Shown one piece after another: positions 35,901-37,543 of a stretch of 37,543 bases of DNA. The position numbers and the translations under genes are program-made. Every line of letters starts with the position of its first letter. The first letter of the stretch is position 1. This DNA is from Ministeria vibrans ATCC 50519 (Eukaryota; Protista; Filasterea): NCBI GenBank assembly GCA_943704425.1, contig CALSCP010002263.1, forward strand, positions 1-37,543, read 5' to 3'. The notes beneath the pieces are model-generated. The model saw nothing but the letters and a program-made list of their open reading frames with translations, did not search any database and was not told where the DNA came from.

Positions 35901-35959
35901 TTTCGCCATGTGCAGTAGCCAAAGCATCAGCTAAGGCAAAAGCGCAACATGGAAAATTC
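35901..35959 (+). ncRNA. Putative structured 5' leader or co-transcribed hairpin RNA
   Basis: Nested pairings CCATG/CATGG, TGC/GCA, GCC/GGC and AGC-ATCA-GCT. Identical in the second copy. Confidence 0.5.
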
Positions 35960-36060
35960 TCCCCGGTGGTGTAACGGCAACCGCGGGCAACTTCCCGCTC
36001 TCGTGAACAGCATCGGACGTTCTCACCGTCCAGACCGGGGTTCGACTCCCCGTCGGGGAG
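35960..36060 (+). tRNA. trnE-CTC: tRNA-Glu (anticodon CTC) with a ~27-29 nt insertion (putative non-canonical intron) in the D-loop
   Basis: Acceptor TCCCCGG/TCGGGGA+G; A-box TGGTGTAACGG; D-stem GTGT/GCAT; anticodon arm GGACG-TT-CTC-AC-CGTCC (CTC at 36022-36024); 4-nt variable loop AGAC; T-arm CGGGG-TTCGACT-CCCCG. Length is 101 nt versus ~72 expected. Confidence 0.9.
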
Positions 36061-36076
36061 TTTTCCTTTTTTTTTT
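36061..36076 (+). terminator. Pol III oligo(T) terminator
   Basis: TTTTCCTTTTTTTTTT directly after the discriminator base. Confidence 0.8.
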
Positions 36077-36109
36077 GTTTTTGTTTCACATAATTATCTT
36101 TTTTTTTTG

Positions 36110-36187
36110 ACTTCCCGTTTTCGTGAACAGCATCGGACGTTCTCACCGTCCAGAGTGTCTCCAGACCGAGGTTCGACTCACCGTCGG
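36110..36187 (+). pseudogene. 3' fragment of tRNA-Glu (tandem duplicate 1)
   Basis: Starts at ACTTCCCG inside the D-loop insertion. It has an 11-nt insertion in the variable region, T-stem substitutions and a truncated acceptor strand. Confidence 0.85.
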
Positions 36188-36251
36188 CTTTCCTTTTTTT
36201 TTTTGTTTGTTTTTTGTTTCACATCACATCAAATTATATCTCTTTTTTTTT

Positions 36252-36328
36252 ACTTCCCGCTTTCGCGAACAGCATCAGACGTTCTCACCGTTAAGACCGG
36301 GTTCGACTCCATTTTGGCCATCGGGGAG
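36252..36328 (+). pseudogene. 3' fragment of tRNA-Glu (tandem duplicate 2)
   Basis: Same start point as duplicate 1. The anticodon stem is mutated and the T-stem 3' strand is replaced by CATTTTGGCCA. Confidence 0.85.
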
Positions 36329-36427
36329 TTTTCTTGAATACATCTCTATTACAGTCACCACGCAAACGCCCTATGACTTGTTGACTTGTTCTTCATTCAC
36401 TCTCATTCACTCATTTTGTTCATTGTT

Positions 36428-37190
36428 GAAGACACAGCCAAATCGCCTTGCAAACTCAACCAAGACCTCTAAAGGTAACATGGGAGAACAGTGGCAGGTC
36501 AGAGTGCTGCGTCGATTAATAATAATTGAAAAAGAAGAATACAAGAAGAATACAATCAATTTATTAATGATTTACAGTCACCACACGAAGACACAGCCAG
36601 ACCGCCTTGCAAACTCGACCGAAACTCTAAGGTAACATGGGAGAATAGTGGCAGGTCAGAGTGCTGTGTCGTCGCTATCCAGTGAGGAAATCGCGATGTT
36701 ACGCCATACCCCCCTCCAGCCAGTTGGGGCTTAGGGCTCTGACACAACTCAGACACCAATGAGGTGTCTGTCGGCAAAGAGTGTACAGTCGAAGTCGTGG
36801 TTGAACTGGTTGGTGGCGGTAAAGTCCATGTGACTGCGGGGCGCTTCTGTGGTACACAGGCGGTGCGGGTTGGCTGCAGGGCGGCTGGCGTGCCTGTTGC
36901 CGTGACAGTGTGTTAAAATGAGGATAAAAAAAATGGGAGGGAATAAAGCAGGGGGGAGTAATAAAGAGTGAATCACTGGGTGGCGTTGACGACGGCGATG
37001 AAGCATTTGTACATCTCCGCCAGGGGAAAAAATGCTTCATAGTGAGTGCCTCGGCAAGGGTCTTGGCGACCAGTGAGTTGTGTCGGTGTCGGTACACCGC
37101 TGGGTGACCACCAGTGGAGCAGAAAGTGTTCTGGGCGCACCGTGGTCAGCGGTGGTTATTGCAGTTGTTGTTGTTGTATATCCGTTTTGG
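36428..37190 (-). mobile_element. Decayed RLE-type (CRE/R2-like) non-LTR retroelement 3' region, plus an extra ~90-bp copy of its 3' end (36428-36514)
   Basis: Minus-strand remnants in the expected order: CSTGGHPAVYRHRHNSLVAKTLAEAL (C..GG...RHN), SHMDF...HDFDCT, GGMA...DFL, VSVEFARR, then AATAAA. Stops and frameshifts throughout. Homologous to 19132-19456. Confidence 0.55.
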
Positions 37191-37424
37191 CTCATGCGGA
37201 AGTGGAGCAGTCGCTTCGGCTGGCTAAAGCAGATTATGTTGAATAATGACGCTCCTGCCCCCTAGGGATTTCCCAAAAAGAATGTTGTTGTTGTTGTGAT
37301 GGTTGTGGGACGGCTGCGCCCACGCCCCACAGGAATGTGTCGACCGTCGCGCCCACGGTCTAAGGCTCCAGATTACTATGTAAAATAATAGGGTAGTAAA
37401 TATAATTCACTTTACTAAGATTAT

Positions 37425-37543
<119 letters not shown>

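Noticed and set aside
36698-36720. TTACGCCATACC resembles the 5' end of 5S rRNA
   Set aside because: No downstream 5S box A/C or helices; it is the antisense strand of the retroelement remnant.
36998-37040. 11-bp inverted repeat ATGAAGCATTT...AAATGCTTCAT as a possible SECIS element
   Set aside because: It lacks the GA quartet partner on the 3' side and no UGA-recoded gene lies upstream.
37205-37230. GTCGCTTCGGC resembles the U6 5' hairpin
   Set aside because: No ACAGAG box or AGC triad follows.

Overview
Gene-dense region of a compact eukaryotic genome with GC-rich exons, short GT-AG introns rich in AT and microsatellites, and two N-gaps. The gene set (beta-spectrin-like, PB1-MEK5, SH3YL1, FAAP100-like) suggests a unicellular holozoan or close relative; this is an inference. 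I reconstructed 11 spliced protein genes by hand: a RasGEF N-terminus (partial), an HCF101-type Fe-S carrier, an ependymin-like secreted protein, SPT5, SH3YL1/Ysc84, a PhyH dioxygenase, a PAQR, a pseudo-CHAT/NB-ARC/WD40 STAND protein, FAAP100-like, beta-spectrin-like (5' end lost in a gap) and MAP2K5. The most unusual object is a tRNA-Glu(CTC) gene at 35960-36060. It carries a ~27-29 nt structured insertion in the D-loop that folds into a bulge-helix-bulge-like motif. It is preceded by a ~60 nt hairpin leader with a TATA-like element ~30 nt further upstream. An inverted second copy (31069-31179, cut by a gap) is identical over 111 nt, including both leader and insertion. Decayed tandem 3' fragments of the tRNA and a remnant of a probable RLE-type non-LTR retroelement follow it. 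All identifications come from motif recognition without database searches.
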